Source of the DNA: an uncultured Opitutales bacterium | GTDB lineage: Bacteria; Verrucomicrobiota; Verrucomicrobiia; Opitutales; JABSRG01 | DNA length: 56,701 bases | NCBI GenBank assembly: GCA_964417945.1 | Contig: CAYQKH010000004.1 | Location: 1 to 56,701, forward strand | Reading direction: 5' to 3' | Shown here: positions 1 to 11,064 of the stretch, piece by piece | Numbering within the stretch: position 1 is the stretch's first letter | Layout of the letters: each line of letters begins with the position of its first letter | Program-made: the position numbers and the translations under genes | The notes under the pieces: generated by a model | What the model saw: only the letters and a program-made list of their open reading frames with translations | Told to the model about the DNA's origin: nothing | Databases searched by the model: none

Positions 1-1673
<1,673 letters not shown>

Positions 1674-1699
1674 ACGACCCGTATCAATCTTGCCTAAAA

Positions 1700-1724
1700 G
1701 AGGTCCGCAACGGGCCCCTTTTTT
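1700..1724 (+). terminator. possible rho-independent terminator after katG
   Basis: Imperfect hairpin GAGGTCC-gcaac-GGGCCCC (one mismatch, one G:U pair) followed by TTTTTT, 27 nt after the katG stop. Confidence 0.4.
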
Positions 1725-1751
1725 CAAACTAAATTGCTTGGCTGCCTGGTG

Positions 1752-1937
1752 ATGATCCATTCCTTCTGCACCATCACCTGTCCTTATTGCATGGAAAACT
1801 TCGAGATGGCGAGCCCCGCTCTTTCAGAAGTGCCTACGGAATGGGATTATGATTGTGAAATCTGCTGCCGACCGATGGTCCTCCATTTTTCAACAGATGG
1901 AGAAGAGGTGGTGGCTGACGCGGTGATCGACCAGTGA
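1752..1937 (+). CDS. CPXCG-motif cysteine-rich small protein (zinc-ribbon-like)
   Basis: The 67-aa ORF contains CPYC and CEICCRP motifs with the spacing typical of the CPXCG cysteine-rich family. I prefer the ATG at 1752 over the TTG at 1734. Confidence 0.7.
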   Translation: MIHSFCTITCPYCMENFEMASPALSEVPTEWDYDCEICCRPMVLHFSTDGEEVVADAVIDQ

Positions 1938-2036
1938 ACTGGCACGCCAAGAGCTGGTTGTTCATTCAACAAAGGTCCACCTTTCCCCCACACGTTCTTC
2001 GGGTGACCGTCTCTATGCTGCGCAAAAAGCGGAGGC

Positions 2037-2112
2037 TGGTGGAGCCGATCGGGATCGAACCGACGACCTCTTGCATGCCATGCAAGCGCTCTTCCAACTG
2101 AGCTACGGCCCC
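2037..2112 (-). tRNA. tRNA-Ala (anticodon GGC)
   Basis: The reverse complement reads GGGGCCGTAGCTCAGTTGGAAGAGCGCTTGCATGGCATGCAAGAGGTCGTCGGTTCGATCCCGATCGGCTCCACCA. It is 76 nt with an encoded CCA, a G3:U70 Ala identity pair, and anticodon loop ATGGCAT, giving GGC. Confidence 0.95.
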
Positions 2113-2363
2113 TCAACAAGAAAGCACATAAACAGAAGGAGAATGTCACCGGGGTCAAACCTTTTTCCGGCCCAACCGAACCCACCCTTGGTAATTTGGT
2201 TACTCGCAAGTTCTTCACATTCTCCGGAAGACTCTCCGGATAGGATCGAAAATTTTTAAACCAATCGTGTTCAGCGATTTGTGTAAAAATCTAAACAATC
2301 AAGAAAAACATCTACCTGATTATTCCCGAAATGGCGGAGGTTATCCCCAAGAAGCGCAAATGG

Positions 2364-3272
2364 TCAGGAATCGTCCACAGTGGAAGCATACTCTATTCCC
2401 GTAAGCATGGTAATGAATTTCTTCATTGCGGGGGTCAGAACTCGTCCTTTTCGATGGATGATCGCGAGAGGGCGCTTGACCGGTTTTCCGCCGGGGAGCG
2501 GGATCGACTTCAGCAAACCCTTACTGACCTCCTGTCGGACTGTGGCGGAGGGAACAACAGAGACCCCGGCATCTATTTCCACCGCACGTTTTACCGTCTC
2601 AATGTTATCAAACTCCATGTGAGGTGTCGCATCCACGTCCCCCTCACGCAAAAATTGGTCTGTGGCCTTTCGAGTGGGGATGTCGGACTCGAATCCGACC
2701 AGCCGACAATCTTTCAGATCTGCAAAATCGACTTTTCGCTTTTTCGCGAGAGCGTTGTTCGGAGAGCAAATCAAAACCAACTCGTCTTCAGAAAAAGGAA
2801 GAATCTCCAGTTGGCGCATTTTTGCGGGATACGCGATTAGCCCGAGTTCGACGCTGTTGTGAAGAACATCTTCATAAACCAGATTGGAGCGCCGATATTC
2901 GACCCGAACATTAACGTCCGGAAATTTCTGCATGAAGTTCTTTATATAGGGCTGCAATTCATGGAAGCCAATACTGTAAATCGTGGAGATGTGAATTGTC
3001 CCGCTGATCACCTTTTTCATTTCCTGAAGCTCACTGATTAGCTGATCATAAAGATGGAGAATTTCCTTGGAGGACTCGTAGAGCTTATTTCCCTCACGGG
3101 TCAGCCGGAATTGTTTTTGACTCCTGTCCACAATCAATACTTTGAAATGCTTTTCCATGGCCCGAAGTTGCTGGCTGACCGCTGATTGTGTTATCCCATT
3201 GAGCTTGGCGGCTCGCGAAAAGCTTTCGCTTTCCACCAGATTGGAAAATATTTTCAAGTTTTCGATGTGCAT
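2364..3272 (-). CDS. LysR family transcriptional regulator
   Basis: N-terminal HTH (FSRAAKLNGITQSAVSQQLRAMEKHF) followed by a LysR substrate-binding domain, 302 aa. Confidence 0.92.
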   Translation of the reverse strand: MHIENLKIFSNLVESESFSRAAKLNGITQSAVSQQLRAMEKHFKVLIVDRSQKQFRLTREGNKLYESSKEILHLYDQLISELQEMKKVISGTIHISTIYSIGFHELQPYIKNFMQKFPDVNVRVEYRRSNLVYEDVLHNSVELGLIAYPAKMRQLEILPFSEDELVLICSPNNALAKKRKVDFADLKDCRLVGFESDIPTRKATDQFLREGDVDATPHMEFDNIETVKRAVEIDAGVSVVPSATVRQEVSKGLLKSIPLPGGKPVKRPLAIIHRKGRVLTPAMKKFITMLTGIEYASTVDDS

Positions 3273-3275
3273 ACA

Positions 3276-3289
3276 TTGTCTATAAACAA
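3276..3289. promoter_or_regulatory. candidate LysR-type box (TTGT-N6-ACAA dyad, T-N11-A-like) in the divergent promoter region
   Basis: TTGTCTATAAACAA lies 4 nt upstream of the LysR start codon, inside the 59-nt LysR/yggS divergent intergenic region. Confidence 0.3.
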
Positions 3290-3331
3290 AACTAATCCGT
3301 TTTCAAACCCTCACTCAATTTTCTTATTTCC

Positions 3332-4033
3332 ATGATGATTTCTTTCGAAACCTTCGAATTGCGGGTGAAGCAACTACGGGACCGTGTGGAGGCGGCCTGT
3401 GCGCGATGTGGACGCAAGCCTGAGGAGGTTGCCATCCTGCCGGTAACGAAGACCCATCCCCTTACGGCCGCGGACTACGCCAAGAAAATGGGATTTCCCG
3501 CAGTTGGGGAAAACCGCGTTCAAGAGGCGGAGCAGAAAATCAGTGATCCGAGCACCCCTGCGGGCTTGCGCTGGGAGCTCATCGGTCACCTGCAGCGGAA
3601 CAAGGCCCGGGATGCCGTTGCCCTCTTTGATCGGATTCAAACGGTGGATTCGGAGAAATTACTTCGTCGCCTCGAGGGACTGGCTGCAGAATCGAGCAAA
3701 GTCCTGCCTATTCTGATCCAGGTCAATGCCGGCGACGACCCGGCAAAGTTCGGGATTTCCCTGGACGCGGTAGACCCATTGATGGAGCACGCTCTTCAGG
3801 CTTCCCATCTCATCGTCGATGGCTTGATGACGATCGCACCATTGGATGACGACCCGGACATCGCCCACCGCTGTTTTGCTCGGCTTCGCGAAAAGCGGGA
3901 TCGTCTGGCTGAATCCTTGAATCAACCGCTCCCCGTCCTGTCGATGGGGATGACCGGAGACCTCGAAGCGGCCGTCGCGGAAGGGAGCACCCAAATCCGG
4001 GTGGGCACGGCCCTTTTCGGTTCGAGGGAATAA
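3332..4033 (+). CDS. yggS: YggS family pyridoxal-phosphate homeostasis protein
   Basis: LPVTKTHP, VGENRVQEAEQK, IGHLQRNKARD and C-terminal MGMTGDLEAAVAEGSTQIRVGTALFG match the YggS/PROSC family. 233 aa. Confidence 0.92.
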   Translation: MMISFETFELRVKQLRDRVEAACARCGRKPEEVAILPVTKTHPLTAADYAKKMGFPAVGENRVQEAEQKISDPSTPAGLRWELIGHLQRNKARDAVALFDRIQTVDSEKLLRRLEGLAAESSKVLPILIQVNAGDDPAKFGISLDAVDPLMEHALQASHLIVDGLMTIAPLDDDPDIAHRCFARLREKRDRLAESLNQPLPVLSMGMTGDLEAAVAEGSTQIRVGTALFGSRE

Positions 4034-4151
4034 GCTCCCAACTTCTATAGCGGTGGGCCCAGGTTGGAACAGGTTTAGCAAACTCAATAGTTCAAGCGAA
4101 AATCAGATTGGGAGTTGAAGGTTCAATGGTACCCGGTCATAAATTGGCCCC

Positions 4152-5018
4152 ATGTCCCCCGTCATTTCAGAGAACCGAAGGCGCGCTCTCGCGAGGCTTC
4201 TGGACGACGATTCTGAGGTCGTCCGAAAAGCGGTTGTAGAGGAGCTCGAACGCTGCGGTGAAGAGGGTGTCGCGTTTCTGCGGGATCTAAGTGATACGCA
4301 AAACCGTGTCCTAGCCAGCCATGCTCGGGACTACCTTGAAATCCTCGGTAAGCAGGACACCCTCGCTGCATTTTCCGATTTCATTCGTTCCTTTCAATAC
4401 GAGCTGGAAACCGGATGCATCCTTTTAGACCGCACGCTTTATCCAGATCTTGAATCCAGCCAAGTGTGCCTTTTTATCGACAAAATGGCATCCCGCTGCC
4501 GGGAAATTATGGTATTACCGGGTAGTCTCGTGGAACGCTGCAAGGTATTAAACCGTGTTATTTTTCACGAATTCGGGTTTCGCGGGGACGTTGAAAATTA
4601 CTACGACCCGGAGAACAGCTTTCTTTCCCGCGTCATCGAGCGTCGTCGCGGCATCCCAATCTCTCTAAGTATTCTCTACATTCTGGTCGGTCAGCGTTGC
4701 AATCTGCCTTTGGAACCTGTTGGAGTCCCTGGGCGATTCATGGTGGGATGCTTCGAAGGCGTTGAGCCCTTTTATATAGACGCTTACGAACGCGGGCACT
4801 TCCGGACCACGGAGGATGTCGAACGCCTGGTCGAGAACCACTACGGGATAAAGGAGGACGGCTTTCTCAACCCGACTCCTGTAGGCGAAGTCCTCTGCCG
4901 CTGCTGCCGAAACCTGGTGAACCAATACTCGGCGCGGAATGACGCGAAAAGAGCACGGGTCTACAATCAATTCGTCACAGAATTCGAGGCGATCTACCGA
5001 AAGCAGGCGCGTCCCTGA
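4152..5018 (+). CDS. SirB1/transglutaminase-like family protein with a short N-terminal HEAT-like segment
   Basis: The central block FHEFGFRGDVENYYDPENSFLSRVIERRRGIPISLSILYILVGQRCNLPLEPVGVPGRFMV is characteristic of the SirB1 N-terminal (Transglut_core2) domain. Confidence 0.75.
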   Translation: MSPVISENRRRALARLLDDDSEVVRKAVVEELERCGEEGVAFLRDLSDTQNRVLASHARDYLEILGKQDTLAAFSDFIRSFQYELETGCILLDRTLYPDLESSQVCLFIDKMASRCREIMVLPGSLVERCKVLNRVIFHEFGFRGDVENYYDPENSFLSRVIERRRGIPISLSILYILVGQRCNLPLEPVGVPGRFMVGCFEGVEPFYIDAYERGHFRTTEDVERLVENHYGIKEDGFLNPTPVGEVLCRCCRNLVNQYSARNDAKRARVYNQFVTEFEAIYRKQARP

Positions 5019-5022
5019 AGCA

Positions 5023-5922
5023 GTGTTTTTCGACTTTGAAGCCCTGAAAAATTGGGACCGACCGGGAACCTGGCTATCGGTGGTCGGGTATCCCGTGCGA
5101 CACTCCCTCAGCCCCCCGATGCACCGTGCGGCATTGGCGGTCATTGGGCGTAGCCACCCGGAATTTGCCGGGTGGGATTACGTCGGCTTTGAAATTCCTC
5201 CAGAACAATTCGTGGAAGCGCTTCCGTTATTTTTTAACAAAGGGTTTTACGGGCTCAACTTGACGTTGCCGCACAAGGTGGAGGCCCTCCAACTGGTTTC
5301 GGAGATAGATCCGGAGGCGACTCGAATGGGTGCCGTCAATACACTGGTGCGCTACGATGACGGTTACCACGGCTACAATACCGACGGCTACGGCTTACGC
5401 TCCGGCATGCGGTCAGAACTGGGAACCAGCTGCCGCGACCGCGACGTTATCCTCCTCGGGGCGGGCGGCGCATCCCGTGCAGCAGCCATTCAATGCCTGA
5501 AGGACGGTTGCCGCAGCCTTTGGATCGGCAATCGCTCCCCGGAACGGCTGCAATCGCTCATCGAGGCCGTTAATGGGGCATTGGGGGGAGCGGTTGCAAA
5601 TCCTTTCAACCTGATGGACCCGCCAAAGGGCTTACCCTCCGCTCCCATTCTTATCAATGCGACATCTCTGGGCCTGAAGGACACCGATCCGCTTCCCATC
5701 GATCTGAGGCGATTCGAGGCCGGGACCTGTGTCTACGATATGATCTATAATCCGGCGGAGACCCCGATCGTTCGCCAGGCGAAGGAATTGGGCTTTTCCG
5801 CCGCAACCGGCTTGTCCATGCTAGTCTTCCAGGGTGCCCGCTCTCTTGAGATCTGGACCCAGGTCCCAGTCTCGGTTCCCGCGATGAGCGATGCCGCTCA
5901 ATCGGCCCTGAAATTGCGATAG
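5023..5922 (+). CDS. aroE: shikimate dehydrogenase (NADP+)
   Basis: VVGYPVRHSLSPPMHRAAL, YGLNLTLPHK, NTDGYG and LGAGGASRA motifs. The ORF is open from 4939, but that start would overlap the upstream gene by 80 nt. The in-frame GTG at 5023 sits just after the upstream stop, so the start remains uncertain. Confidence 0.88.
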   Translation: MFFDFEALKNWDRPGTWLSVVGYPVRHSLSPPMHRAALAVIGRSHPEFAGWDYVGFEIPPEQFVEALPLFFNKGFYGLNLTLPHKVEALQLVSEIDPEATRMGAVNTLVRYDDGYHGYNTDGYGLRSGMRSELGTSCRDRDVILLGAGGASRAAAIQCLKDGCRSLWIGNRSPERLQSLIEAVNGALGGAVANPFNLMDPPKGLPSAPILINATSLGLKDTDPLPIDLRRFEAGTCVYDMIYNPAETPIVRQAKELGFSAATGLSMLVFQGARSLEIWTQVPVSVPAMSDAAQSALKLR

Positions 5923-5955
5923 ACGAACCCGCCCTTTGCGCCCATCTTAGGGTCC

Positions 5956-6951
5956 ATGCTGGAAGATCTGCAGTTTGCCTACGAGCAGTTCCCCTGGATC
6001 TTTGCCGTATTTTTTACGGTGATTGGCGCGTGCATCGGAAGCTTTCTAAACGTCTGTATTTTCCGGATTCCCAAGGGCATGTCGATTGTCCACCCGCCTT
6101 CTCACGATCTGAATACGGGAGAAAAAATCGCCTGGTACGATAATATTCCGATATTAAGCTGGTTTCTGCTTCGGGGGAAAAGCCGTCATCAGCAGTCTCC
6201 GATACGTATCCGTTACCCGGCAGTGGAGGCCCTGACGGCGATTCTCTTTCTCTGCAGCTGGCTTCTGCTTTCCGGCCATGCGCCGATGAAGGCAGTCTGC
6301 GCCATGGTTTTCGTCGGGATGATGATCCCCGCCACTTTCATCGACCTCGACCACATGATTATCCCGGATCGGTTCTCGATTGGGGGCGTCCTGGTCGGCT
6401 TTTCGTTGTCGGTTTGCTTTCCGTCCCTCCACGACATCAATACCCCCGGCATCGTGGGGCATTTTCAATCCGGCCTCACCTCGATGATCGGCATCCTCGT
6501 GGGGACCGCCGTCATTTACTGGATCGGAACCTTCGCGGAAATCATCCTCCGGAAGCCGGCAATGGGCGAGGGCGATTGGAAACTCCTCGGGGCTATCGGG
6601 GCGTTTTGCGGCTGGGAGGGAGCCCTTTTCGGCCTCTTTGGAGGTTCCTTTCTCGGTGTCTTCCTGATTTTACCCCTGCTTGTCCTCAGCCGGAAAAAAA
6701 ATCCTTCCGGGAGTGGCGAAGACTCGGTTTTATCCGAAGTAGCGGAAGGCGACGGTGAGGCGATGGAAGAAGGAGAAGAGGAAATCGGGCTTGGCGTTCA
6801 AATCCCGTTCGGCCCGATGCTCGCCCTTGGCGGGGTGGTATACCTTGTTTTCTTTCAGGGCCCGGTCGACGCATACTTCGATAGCATTCAGGTTCTCTTT
6901 CTCAACCCGATTGCGGAAATGGGGGAACTTATCCCCTTTCCGGGGCCATAA
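5956..6951 (+). CDS. prepilin peptidase (A24 family aspartic peptidase, PilD-like)
   Basis: Polytopic membrane protein. Both catalytic Asp motifs are present (FIDLDHMIIPD and MGEGDWKLLGAIGAF), along with the N-terminal FLNVCIFRIP and WYDNIPILSW...RYPAVE block. Confidence 0.88.
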   Translation: MLEDLQFAYEQFPWIFAVFFTVIGACIGSFLNVCIFRIPKGMSIVHPPSHDLNTGEKIAWYDNIPILSWFLLRGKSRHQQSPIRIRYPAVEALTAILFLCSWLLLSGHAPMKAVCAMVFVGMMIPATFIDLDHMIIPDRFSIGGVLVGFSLSVCFPSLHDINTPGIVGHFQSGLTSMIGILVGTAVIYWIGTFAEIILRKPAMGEGDWKLLGAIGAFCGWEGALFGLFGGSFLGVFLILPLLVLSRKKNPSGSGEDSVLSEVAEGDGEAMEEGEEEIGLGVQIPFGPMLALGGVVYLVFFQGPVDAYFDSIQVLFLNPIAEMGELIPFPGP

Positions 6952-6964
6952 AGGACAGACTATG

Positions 6965-7690
6965 CTAGATCGGGCGGCGGATCCGGTCCCGGTAGGTTTC
7001 CGCCAAGGCCTCGTTGTGAGTCTTGCCACCCGGAAGGTTCTGACTTTTCAAAAGGGGAAGGGCATGCCCCTCTTTTCGCAACGCGTCAATTATTTCAAGA
7101 TTCAGAAGATTAAGCAGGATGGCACCGGAGAAAGTGGAAGTTGGTCCAACCCGCATCCCGTCATCCGGAAGGGGGAGGGCGGCGTCGCCCGGTTCTCCCC
7201 GGTTATCGAGGACGGTGTCCGCCATCTCGAAAAGGCGCAGGCCGCTTTCGTGTTGGCTCTTCGCCGCAGCAGACATCGGGATACTGGTCAGGGCCACCAC
7301 CTTCATGCCCTTTTTTTTCGCGGCCCAGGCAACTTCGAGAGGGGAGTGATTTTTCCCGGAATTGGAGACGACAACTAGGTAATCCCCAGGCCTGCAACGG
7401 TATTGAAAATCGTAACGCTCGAAAAGTCGGGTTCCGAAACCAGAAACTTGTTCCGCCCAACCCGGGGTGGGATCTTCGATTGAGGAAATGGGAACCAACC
7501 CACCGGCGCGCCGTTCAATCTCCATCGCCACCATCTTGCTATGGCCGCTTCCAAAAAGGTGAAGTACTCCACCCTCCGCCAGGGTTGCGGCGATTTTGGG
7601 ACCCAAGTCTTCAATGACCGTTCGGTTCGCCGCCGAGACCGTATTCAGCAATTCACTCACTAATTGTAGATATTTTTCTTTAAGCGCCAT
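6965..7690 (-). CDS. SIS domain-containing protein (UPF0309-type sugar-phosphate isomerase/binding fold)
   Basis: HLFGSGHSKMVAMEI and VVVSNSGKNHSPLEVA motifs. I prefer the start at ATG 7690 (MALKEKYLQL) over the upstream ORF start at 7729. Confidence 0.8.
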   Translation of the reverse strand: MALKEKYLQLVSELLNTVSAANRTVIEDLGPKIAATLAEGGVLHLFGSGHSKMVAMEIERRAGGLVPISSIEDPTPGWAEQVSGFGTRLFERYDFQYRCRPGDYLVVVSNSGKNHSPLEVAWAAKKKGMKVVALTSIPMSAAAKSQHESGLRLFEMADTVLDNRGEPGDAALPLPDDGMRVGPTSTFSGAILLNLLNLEIIDALRKEGHALPLLKSQNLPGGKTHNEALAETYRDRIRRPI

Positions 7691-7782
7691 ATTCACGTCC
7701 ACCCTGTTTCCCCGCAGACCAACTGGCAAGATTTGACGCAGGAAGCTTTTGACCCCAGCAGTGAATCCGATTTATTGGAGAT

Positions 7783-8535
7783 ATGAAATTTATCCTGTTC
7801 ATCTTTTTGCTCTACATCGGGGTGTCCCGCCTTTACGGAGAAGACCTCAAAACCTGGTCCAACCAGAAGGGGGAAACGATTGTAGCCTCCATCATTGGCG
7901 TCCTCGGCGATTCGGTTTACTTTCAAACCCGTCTCGGCAAACAATTTCGTTACCCCATCGCGGCTCTCGCAGCATCCGATCAAGCCACGGTAGGACAATG
8001 GAAACCGACCCAAGCCAATTCTGGCGCCACCGGAGTTGGGATCCCTCTTCAACAGTCGAAGATCGCAAAGCTCGTCCAGGGAAAATTGGTCCATCCCGGT
8101 GAGCGGAATGGAACCTTTATCCCAGCCGGTTTCGAAGCGGGCTCAACCCCGAAATTCTATGCGTTTTATTATTCTGCTCATTGGTGTGGTCCCTGCCGCC
8201 AATTCACTCCCCAGCTGGTTCGTTTTTATGAACGGATGAAAGGGTCGGGGACCCAATTCGAAGTTATTTTCGTCAGTGCCGACCGCTCCAAAAACCAGAT
8301 GTATCAATACATGAAGGAAGACCGCATGAAATTCCCCGCTGTGGAGTATTCCCAGGGCCGGGGAAGCTATGAAATTATGAAGTATAGCGGTAGTGGGATC
8401 CCCTGTCTCGTATTCATGGATCACACTGGGAAAGTGCTCTCAGATTCCTATGTCCGGGGCCAATATGTCGGTCCGCGCAAGGTGCTTGCCGATATGGAGC
8501 GTATCCTCAAACAGGATACGGGAACGAAAGGCTGA
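7783..8535 (+). CDS. secreted thioredoxin-like (nucleoredoxin/TlpA-type) protein with an N-terminal SHD1-like domain
   Basis: Signal peptide MKFILFIFLLYIGVSRLYG. SHD1-like segment WSNQKGETIVASIIGVLGDSVYFQ. Thioredoxin-fold active site YYSAHWCGPCRQFTP followed by FEVIFVSADRS. GGAG lies 4 nt upstream of the ATG. Confidence 0.8.
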   Translation: MKFILFIFLLYIGVSRLYGEDLKTWSNQKGETIVASIIGVLGDSVYFQTRLGKQFRYPIAALAASDQATVGQWKPTQANSGATGVGIPLQQSKIAKLVQGKLVHPGERNGTFIPAGFEAGSTPKFYAFYYSAHWCGPCRQFTPQLVRFYERMKGSGTQFEVIFVSADRSKNQMYQYMKEDRMKFPAVEYSQGRGSYEIMKYSGSGIPCLVFMDHTGKVLSDSYVRGQYVGPRKVLADMERILKQDTGTKG

Positions 8536-8580
8536 TCCTGCTCGCCGGGAATAGCCCAAAGGTTCGAAAACTCTCCTCAC

Positions 8581-8745
8581 GTGAAGAATAAGCAGAGACA
8601 CTTCGTGGTCATCCTCCTACTCCTCGGCTTTGTCGGTTGGACCACCTACACGTCCCTTAAGACCAAACCGTTCTGCGGCTCCTGTCTCCTCCCGGAGGAC
8701 GCCGCATTGGGGCGGTTCAGTGAGGCCGAGGACTCCGACCCATGA
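8581..8745 (+). CDS. possible small single-pass membrane protein with a CGSC motif (54 aa, below the ORF-track cutoff)
   Basis: Hand-translated from GTG 8581: VKNKQRHFVVILLLLGFVGWTTYTSLKTKPFCGSCLLPEDAALGRFSEAEDSDP*. It has a basic N-terminus, a hydrophobic helix and an acidic tail, and it fills most of a 234-nt gap. There is no homology evidence. Confidence 0.25.
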   Translation: MKNKQRHFVVILLLLGFVGWTTYTSLKTKPFCGSCLLPEDAALGRFSEAEDSDP

Positions 8746-8769
8746 CCCGCCTCCTCTTCCTTGTGACCG

Positions 8770-9720
8770 ATGGTCGAGCTAGCGGTTGAATTCCGGGGCG
8801 CCGGAAAGTCTTTCGGCAACAAATATGCGCTCCGGGATTTGTCCGCATCCGTAGAGCGCGGATCGATCTGTGGAATCATCGGCCCGAATGGCTCCGGCAA
8901 AACCACGACCCTGCGCCTCATCCTTGACATTCTGCAACCGGACTCGGGGGAAATTGTCGTCCTCGGGGAGAATCGACCCCACCTCGCCAACGACCGAATC
9001 AGCTACCTTCCCGAGGAGCGGGGACTCTACCGCAAAATGAAGGTCCGGCACCAGTTGGGGTATTTAGGTCGGCTCAAACGGCTTTCGGGAAAAACACTGC
9101 GCGACCGGATCGAATACTGGCTGGAGCGCCTGGGTTTGGCCCACACCCTGAACCAGAAGGTCGAATCCCTTTCCAAGGGGATGGCCCAGAAAATCCAGTT
9201 CATCGGCGCTATCCTCAACAAGCCCGATCTTCTCGTTCTCGATGAGCCTTTTAGCGGACTAGACCCCGTCAACATGGAGGTTCTGCGGGAGGTTATTCTC
9301 GAGTTAAAACGAGAGGGCGCCACTATCATCCTTTCGACGCACGATATGGGCATGGCACAGATTCTTTGTGATTCCATCATTATGATTTACGAAGGCCAAA
9401 AGGTCCTCGACGGCCCGATCCATCGAATCCAGCAGGATTTTGGTTCCGATACCGTTCGCATCCGCACCCAGCCAAACTTCATGGAATACGGAGCCTCCTG
9501 GTTTGCGGGGAATGCAGATGGAATCAACGTGCGCGATCTCGGGCAAACGCAGGAACTTCGAAACCTCCCCGATCCTCAAGCTTTTCTCCAGCGCCTTATG
9601 CAATCCGGCGAGGTGGATTACTTTGAAATTTCGCCTCCGAACCTGCACGACATCTTCGTCAGGATTGCCCGGCCCACGCCCGAAGAAACCCTTGAGACCC
9701 GGGGGGAACCTCATGCCTGA
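8770..9720 (+). CDS. ABC transporter ATP-binding protein (ABC-2/NatA-like exporter subunit)
   Basis: Walker A GPNGSGKTT, signature LSKGMAQK, Walker B LLVLDEPFSGLD, H-loop STHDM. Confidence 0.93.
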   Translation: MVELAVEFRGAGKSFGNKYALRDLSASVERGSICGIIGPNGSGKTTTLRLILDILQPDSGEIVVLGENRPHLANDRISYLPEERGLYRKMKVRHQLGYLGRLKRLSGKTLRDRIEYWLERLGLAHTLNQKVESLSKGMAQKIQFIGAILNKPDLLVLDEPFSGLDPVNMEVLREVILELKREGATIILSTHDMGMAQILCDSIIMIYEGQKVLDGPIHRIQQDFGSDTVRIRTQPNFMEYGASWFAGNADGINVRDLGQTQELRNLPDPQAFLQRLMQSGEVDYFEISPPNLHDIFVRIARPTPEETLETRGEPHA

Positions 9721-11044
9721 ATTCCTCTTCAAAACCCTTGTCGTCGGCTGGAACGAGTTCAGGCAATTCGTCATTTCCCGGACTTTTCTCCTTCTCATTT
9801 TACTCTCGCCATTGATGATCGCGCTTTTTGTGGGTTTGACCCTAATTGCGGAATCCAGCCGGGATCTTTCGGACCGGGACTTCCTTGTAGTCGATCGCAC
9901 CGGGCGGATCCTGCAACCGCTTCAGGAAGAGGCCGCCCGTCACAACCGTGTTGACCTCTACCGCGAGTTGGAATCCGGGGGAAGGGTCCAGATCCGGAGC
10001 CGTTTTTTCCCGAAGCCCTTTGATTCCTCCGCTTTTTCCGAAGAGCGGGAGCTTCTCGTTGCTCTTTCCAACCGTGTCCGGGAAGAAAACTACAGCGGTT
10101 TCCTCATCATCGAGGCCGATGCACTCACCTCCAAATCTCCGGACCGCCTCCGCTATTTCACCGAAAATCAGACCTACCAGACCCTTCCTGCGTGGATGGA
10201 ACAAACGCTGATCCGCATCATCCAGAATTTGCGGCTGGAGGAGGCGGGGTTGGACCCCTCCGAGGTGCGGGAGCTGACCCGCCCCCTCACCGTGGCGCGC
10301 TATGGTTTGGCGGAAATCGATGAATCCGGTGCCATCCGGGATCCGGAACCGGAGGACCCATTCGTCACGTTCCTTCTTCCGCTGGGTGCGATGATGATCC
10401 TTTTCTTCTGCGCGAACATCAGTTCACCGATCATGCTGAACTCCGTCATGGAAGAAAAAATGCAAAAGATCGTGGAAGTGCTTCTCGCCTCGGTCAGCCC
10501 TTGGCAACTCATGGCAGGTAAACTCCTCGGCTCAGTTGCGGTCGCCCTTACCTTGGCCGCGGTTTATATTGCGCCTTCAATCGGCTTTTTATTCTGGCGG
10601 GGATACGCCGACGAAATCCCCCTATCCATCCTCGCCTGGTTCCCGGTTTTTCTGCTTATTACCCTTTTGAGCCTTGGATCCGTGTGGGCGGCCATCGGTG
10701 CTGCCTGTTCCGAGTTGAAGGATACCCAGAATTTTGCCGGGCTCGCCGTTTTCCTTTTGATTGTGCCGCTCATTCTGGCCGTCGTTATCCTCGAATCTCC
10801 GCACGCACCCTTCGCTGTAATCACCAGTATTTTACCGGCCTGTTATCCGTTTTTAATGACGATCCGCCTGCTCGCACCACCAGGACCCGAAACCTGGCAA
10901 CTGGGCCTTGGCCTGCTCCTGAATCTAGCTTTTGTTGTCGGGGTGCTGTGGGCGGGATCCCGGATATTCCGCCGGGGAATTCTATCCCAGGGGAATACCC
11001 CTTCCTTGCGCAGCATCGTCCGATGGATTTTTGAAAAGTCCTGA
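9713..11044 (+). CDS. ABC-2 type transporter permease (NatB-like)
   Basis: The ATG at 9713 overlaps the ATPase stop (ATGCCTGA), indicating translational coupling. The protein has one N-terminal TM helix, a large extracytoplasmic loop and a C-terminal cluster of about 5 TM helices, typical of ABC-2 permeases. The longer ORF from 9440 lies inside the ATPase gene. Confidence 0.85.
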   Translation: MPEFLFKTLVVGWNEFRQFVISRTFLLLILLSPLMIALFVGLTLIAESSRDLSDRDFLVVDRTGRILQPLQEEAARHNRVDLYRELESGGRVQIRSRFFPKPFDSSAFSEERELLVALSNRVREENYSGFLIIEADALTSKSPDRLRYFTENQTYQTLPAWMEQTLIRIIQNLRLEEAGLDPSEVRELTRPLTVARYGLAEIDESGAIRDPEPEDPFVTFLLPLGAMMILFFCANISSPIMLNSVMEEKMQKIVEVLLASVSPWQLMAGKLLGSVAVALTLAAVYIAPSIGFLFWRGYADEIPLSILAWFPVFLLITLLSLGSVWAAIGAACSELKDTQNFAGLAVFLLIVPLILAVVILESPHAPFAVITSILPACYPFLMTIRLLAPPGPETWQLGLGLLLNLAFVVGVLWAGSRIFRRGILSQGNTPSLRSIVRWIFEKS

Positions 11045-11064
11045 GACCGCTTGCAGCTCCCCCT

